The notes under the pieces were generated by a model that searched no databases, had not been told where the DNA came from, and saw only the letters and a program-made list of their open reading frames with translations. From an uncultured Clostridia bacterium (GTDB lineage Bacteria > Bacillota > Clostridia > Christensenellales > Borkfalkiaceae), in assembly GCA_964515795.1 (NCBI GenBank), contig CAZEVL010000001.1, positions 1-47,958 on the forward strand: a stretch of 47,958 nucleotides of DNA, written 5' to 3'. The translations under genes and the position numbers were made by a program. Below, piece after piece: positions 45,002 through 47,958 of the stretch (position 1 is its first letter; each line of letters starts with the position of its first letter).

Positions 45002-46180
45002 CTACCTCAATGAATTGACAAATTGCTCCGCACACCTCGCCGAGCGATTTCCTTTTTTGAGCGCGAACGCCTCCGCACTCGTATCCAGCCGTTCGTCTAC
45101 GGGAATGCCGTAGCGTTCCGCAAGCCGATGCACGATTTCCAAATATAATTTCTTGTCCGGACGAGAAAACAACACCGTCAAACCGAACCGTTCCGACAGC
45201 GACAGCGTTTCCTGCAAAGTGTCGTTTCTATGCACGTCGTCGCCTTCGCGATCCCCGAAACTTTCCTTAACGATGTGCCGACGGTTGCTGGTGGCATAAA
45301 TGACGGCATTGTCCGCTTTCGCGCTCGCAGAACCCTCCAACGCCGCCTTCAACATACCGAAATCGTCGTCGTTTCGATTAAACGACAAATCGTCGATGAA
45401 AATAATAAATTTCAACGGATTGTCGCTCACTCTGCCCATGACGTAAGGCAGAAAACAAAGCTGATCCTTACGAAGCTCTATCAGGCGCAATCCGTCGTCG
45501 AAAAACGCATTTGCGACCGCTTTGACGGTGGACGATTTTCCTGTGCCGGCATCGCCGCAGAGCAACGTATTCGCCGCAGGTCGTCCCTCGATAAACGCAC
45601 GTGTATTTTCCACCACCTGTTCCCGTTCCGCCTCGTAACCGATAAAACTTTCCATGGAGATTTTATCCGCACTGACAATCGGCTCGATTTCCCGTTCGTC
45701 CGAAAGTCGAAACATGGGATAAGAAGAAAACACCCCGTAGCCGTATCGTTGAATATTTCGCAACCTATCCGCATAGGCAGCACCCAGGTCTGCGTTCACG
45801 GATATAAACTTCGGAAGATTTATGCCGTCTTCTCCCATTTCCCGAGCAAAATCTTCCGCAACCAACGCCGAAAAACTCGAAAACGTTTGCAATTCCCGAA
45901 ACGCCGCCTCTAAAATCTGCGGAGGCATGTCGTTTCCGCGTGCCGCTGCACGTACATATACGTTTTCGTCGGCAAATACGATTCGTTTCGTCAACTCCGT
46001 CAAATTGCCGCCGTGCGTATAAATTTCCGAAACGAACGCACCGTAAACGCGCAGTTTTTCCGTCGTCGAACAGCCGTTGCAAAATGCGTCGAACAGCGTA
46101 AAAATCGGTGCGTCGAGCGTTTTTCTGAATACGGCGCAAACGCTCAAATCCCTTTGTATTTTCCGTAACTTACTTTCCAT
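45002..46180 (-). CDS. DUF815-family AAA ATPase
   Basis: 392 aa with [32 protein letters not shown] and SLSERFGL. Overlaps the leuB stop by 11 nt. Confidence 0.8.
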   Translation of the reverse strand: MESKLRKIQRDLSVCAVFRKTLDAPIFTLFDAFCNGCSTTEKLRVYGAFVSEIYTHGGNLTELTKRIVFADENVYVRAAARGNDMPPQILEAAFRELQTFSSFSALVAEDFAREMGEDGINLPKFISVNADLGAAYADRLRNIQRYGYGVFSSYPMFRLSDEREIEPIVSADKISMESFIGYEAEREQVVENTRAFIEGRPAANTLLCGDAGTGKSSTVKAVANAFFDDGLRLIELRKDQLCFLPYVMGRVSDNPLKFIIFIDDLSFNRNDDDFGMLKAALEGSASAKADNAVIYATSNRRHIVKESFGDREGDDVHRNDTLQETLSLSERFGLTVLFSRPDKKLYLEIVHRLAERYGIPVDERLDTSAEAFALKKGNRSARCAEQFVNSLR

Positions 46181-47249
46181 GGTATAGATTCTCTATAATT
46201 TTATCCGTCATTTCCGTCGTAGAGAGCGGACGTTCTCCGCCCAAATCCGCCGTACGATACCCCGCCTCCAACGTCTTATCCACAGCCGAAACGACATCGT
46301 CCGCCGCCGAACGTTCGTCAAACGCATACAACAGCATCATCGACGCCGACAAAATCGTTGCAATCGGGTTTGCTTTTCCCTGTCCTGCGATATCGGGGGC
46401 AGAGCCGTGAATCGGCTCGTACAATCCACGCGTTCCTTCGCCGAGCGACGCCGACGGCAACATACCGATAGAACCCGTAATCTGCGACGCTTCGTCGGAA
46501 AGAATATCCCCGAACATATTGCTCGTCACTATGACGTCGAACTGTGACGGATTCCGCACGAGTTGCATGGCGGCGTTATCCACCAATATATCGTTCACCG
46601 TCACGTCGGGATACTCCGTCGCGATTTCATGCACGATTTTTCGCCAAAGCCGAGAAGTTTCCAACACGTTCGCCTTGTCGATACTCGTCACTTTTTTACG
46701 ACGTTTTCTCGCCGTTTCGAACGCCACGCGCACGATCCTCTCGATTTCCGTACGGCTGTAACGTTCCGTATCGAACGCCTCTTCTCCGTATTTTCCTTCG
46801 CGATAACCGCGCTCTCCGAAATAAATACCGCCCGTCAATTCCCGTACGATCATGATATCGAAGCCGTCTTCGGCGATATCCGCCCGTAACGGGCACGCGT
46901 CTTTCAAAACGGGATACAGTTTCGCAGGACGCAGATTGGTAAACAAACCCATCGCCTCGCGAATCCCGAGCAACGCTTTTTCCGGTCGCTTTTCACCCGA
47001 CAATGCGTCCCACTTCGGGCCGCCCACCGCCCCGAGTAACACGGAATCGGACTGTAAACACCCCTTCACCGTGTCCGCAGGCAAGGGTTCTCCGCAGGCG
47101 TCAATCGCCGCTCCGCCGATAAGATACGGCGTAAAAGCAAACGCGATTCCGCGCTTTTTCCCGACCGCCTCCAATACGCGCACCGCGCTTTCCACAATTT
47201 CCGGACCGATTCCGTCCCCTTTCAACAAACCGATTTTATATGTTTTCAT
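46170..47249 (-). CDS. leuB: 3-isopropylmalate dehydrogenase
   Basis: [11 protein letters not shown] and [12 protein letters not shown] prefer the ATG at 47249; the track start is the GTG at 47258. Confidence 0.9.
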   Translation of the reverse strand: MKTYKIGLLKGDGIGPEIVESAVRVLEAVGKKRGIAFAFTPYLIGGAAIDACGEPLPADTVKGCLQSDSVLLGAVGGPKWDALSGEKRPEKALLGIREAMGLFTNLRPAKLYPVLKDACPLRADIAEDGFDIMIVRELTGGIYFGERGYREGKYGEEAFDTERYSRTEIERIVRVAFETARKRRKKVTSIDKANVLETSRLWRKIVHEIATEYPDVTVNDILVDNAAMQLVRNPSQFDVIVTSNMFGDILSDEASQITGSIGMLPSASLGEGTRGLYEPIHGSAPDIAGQGKANPIATILSASMMLLYAFDERSAADDVVSAVDKTLEAGYRTADLGGERPLSTTEMTDKIIENLYHGK

Positions 47250-47260
47250 ACACTTCACCG

Positions 47261-47755
47261 TTACCGCACGTCGCCTTTTTTCACGGACTCCACCAAGCCG
47301 CCGTTCACGATAATTCTTTGAATGAACGGGGGAAAGGGTTGCGTTTCGAAACGCTCGCCCGTCGTGCGATTATAAAGAACTCCCCGTTCCAAATCCGCCT
47401 CTATGCGGTCGCCTTCGGAAATGCCGTCTACCGCCTCGTCGCATTCCACAATCGCCAAGCCGATATTGATGGCGTTACGATAAAAAATACGCGCAAAACT
47501 TCGAGCGACCACCAAAGAAATTCCGCTTTCTTTAATGGCTATGGGTGCGTGTTCCCTCGAAGAGCCGCACCCGAAATTAAACCCTGCCACCATGACGTCG
47601 CCCTTTTCCGCACGCGTCACGAACGTTTTGTCTAAATCTTCCATACAATGGGACGCCAACTCTTTTTTATCGCTGGTATTCAAATAGCGCGCCGGGATAA
47701 TAACGTCCGTATCGACGTTATCGCCGTACTTAATCGCTTTTCCGTGAAAAATCAT
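47261..47755 (-). CDS. leuD: 3-isopropylmalate dehydratase small subunit
   Basis: 164 aa with [11 protein letters not shown]. Confidence 0.9.
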   Translation of the reverse strand: MIFHGKAIKYGDNVDTDVIIPARYLNTSDKKELASHCMEDLDKTFVTRAEKGDVMVAGFNFGCGSSREHAPIAIKESGISLVVARSFARIFYRNAINIGLAIVECDEAVDGISEGDRIEADLERGVLYNRTTGERFETQPFPPFIQRIIVNGGLVESVKKGDVR

Positions 47756-47958
47756 TGCATCACCTCCAAAGGATCGGTAATTCTACCCGTCAGCGCGCTC
47801 GCGGCGGCAACCGCAGGCGAAGCCAAATACACTTCGCTCTCCGTATGTCCCATTCTGCCGACGAAATTACGATTGGTCGTCGCGACGGCACGCTCGCCTG
47901 CCGCCAAAATACCCATATAACCGCCCAAGCACGGCCCGCAGGTCGGCGTGGAAACGAT
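47752..47958 (-). CDS. leuC: 3-isopropylmalate dehydratase large subunit, C-terminal 68 codons (the gene continues right of the window)
   Basis: Hand translation: ...[33 protein letters not shown]...LEVMQ*. ATGA overlap with leuD. Not in the ORF track. Confidence 0.85.
   Translation of the reverse strand: MVSTPTCGPCLGGYMGILAAGERAVATTNRNFVGRMGHTESEVYLASPAVAAASALTGRITDPLEVMQ

Noticed and set aside
1-47958. Search by eye for CRISPR arrays, tRNA/rRNA genes, large structured RNAs, riboswitches or T-boxes, IS elements, integrases, prophage or toxin-antitoxin modules.
   Set aside because: No spaced direct repeats. No tRNA T-loop/acceptor signatures. No intergenic gap exceeds about 280 nt. No transposase, recombinase or phage-like ORFs. 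hisS and the amino-acid genes in the window have no leader long enough for a T-box; the start of the leu operon is outside the window.

Overview
This window looks like a core chromosomal segment of an endospore-forming Firmicute (Clostridia-like). It carries about 45 genes, and all but four are on the minus strand.

Gene blocks, listed right to left in minus-strand transcription order:
- leuC(partial)-leuD-leuB, a DUF815 ATPase, then ilvA-ridA.
- A plus-strand pair: a Zn-phospholipase-C-like gene and an MFS transporter.
- A small wHTH/TM protein.
- uvrB-uvrA.
- veg (+), divergent from a LysM sporulation protein.
- ispE plus an orphan membrane protein with a Cys-rich tail.
- ABC-ABC-ClC.
- The yqfC-yqfD-phoH-pgpH-ybeY-era-yqzL-recO block.
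- A single Mrr-family nuclease gene.
- comM-DUF1294-dprA-topA-trmFO-hslV-hslU-hisS-trxA.
- A three-domain rubrerythrin (+).
- cls.
- A YhaO/YhaN (Mre11/Rad50-like) pair.
- A partial ABC exporter at the left edge.

I saw no rRNA, tRNA, CRISPR array, transposase, integrase or phage genes. I could not identify a clear new multi-gene system.

The strongest unexplained signals are:
1. A two-box intergenic repeat family, CGTACACGGTA-N14-TCAACGMATACCTGCC, present in several copies and orientations.
2. A shared GTTTACTTTT(T/G)TC -35 module in three DNA-repair/competence promoters.
3. An Mrr-like nuclease with a roughly 300-aa disordered Lys/Glu-rich linker, sitting between recO and comM.
4. A Rad50-like ATPase with a membrane hairpin at the centre of its coiled coil.
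5. An orphan membrane protein ending in CGGCDGCGGCHC.

Many long ORFs in the supplied track are antisense shadows of real genes. All functional calls rest on motifs I recognise by eye; no database search was possible.
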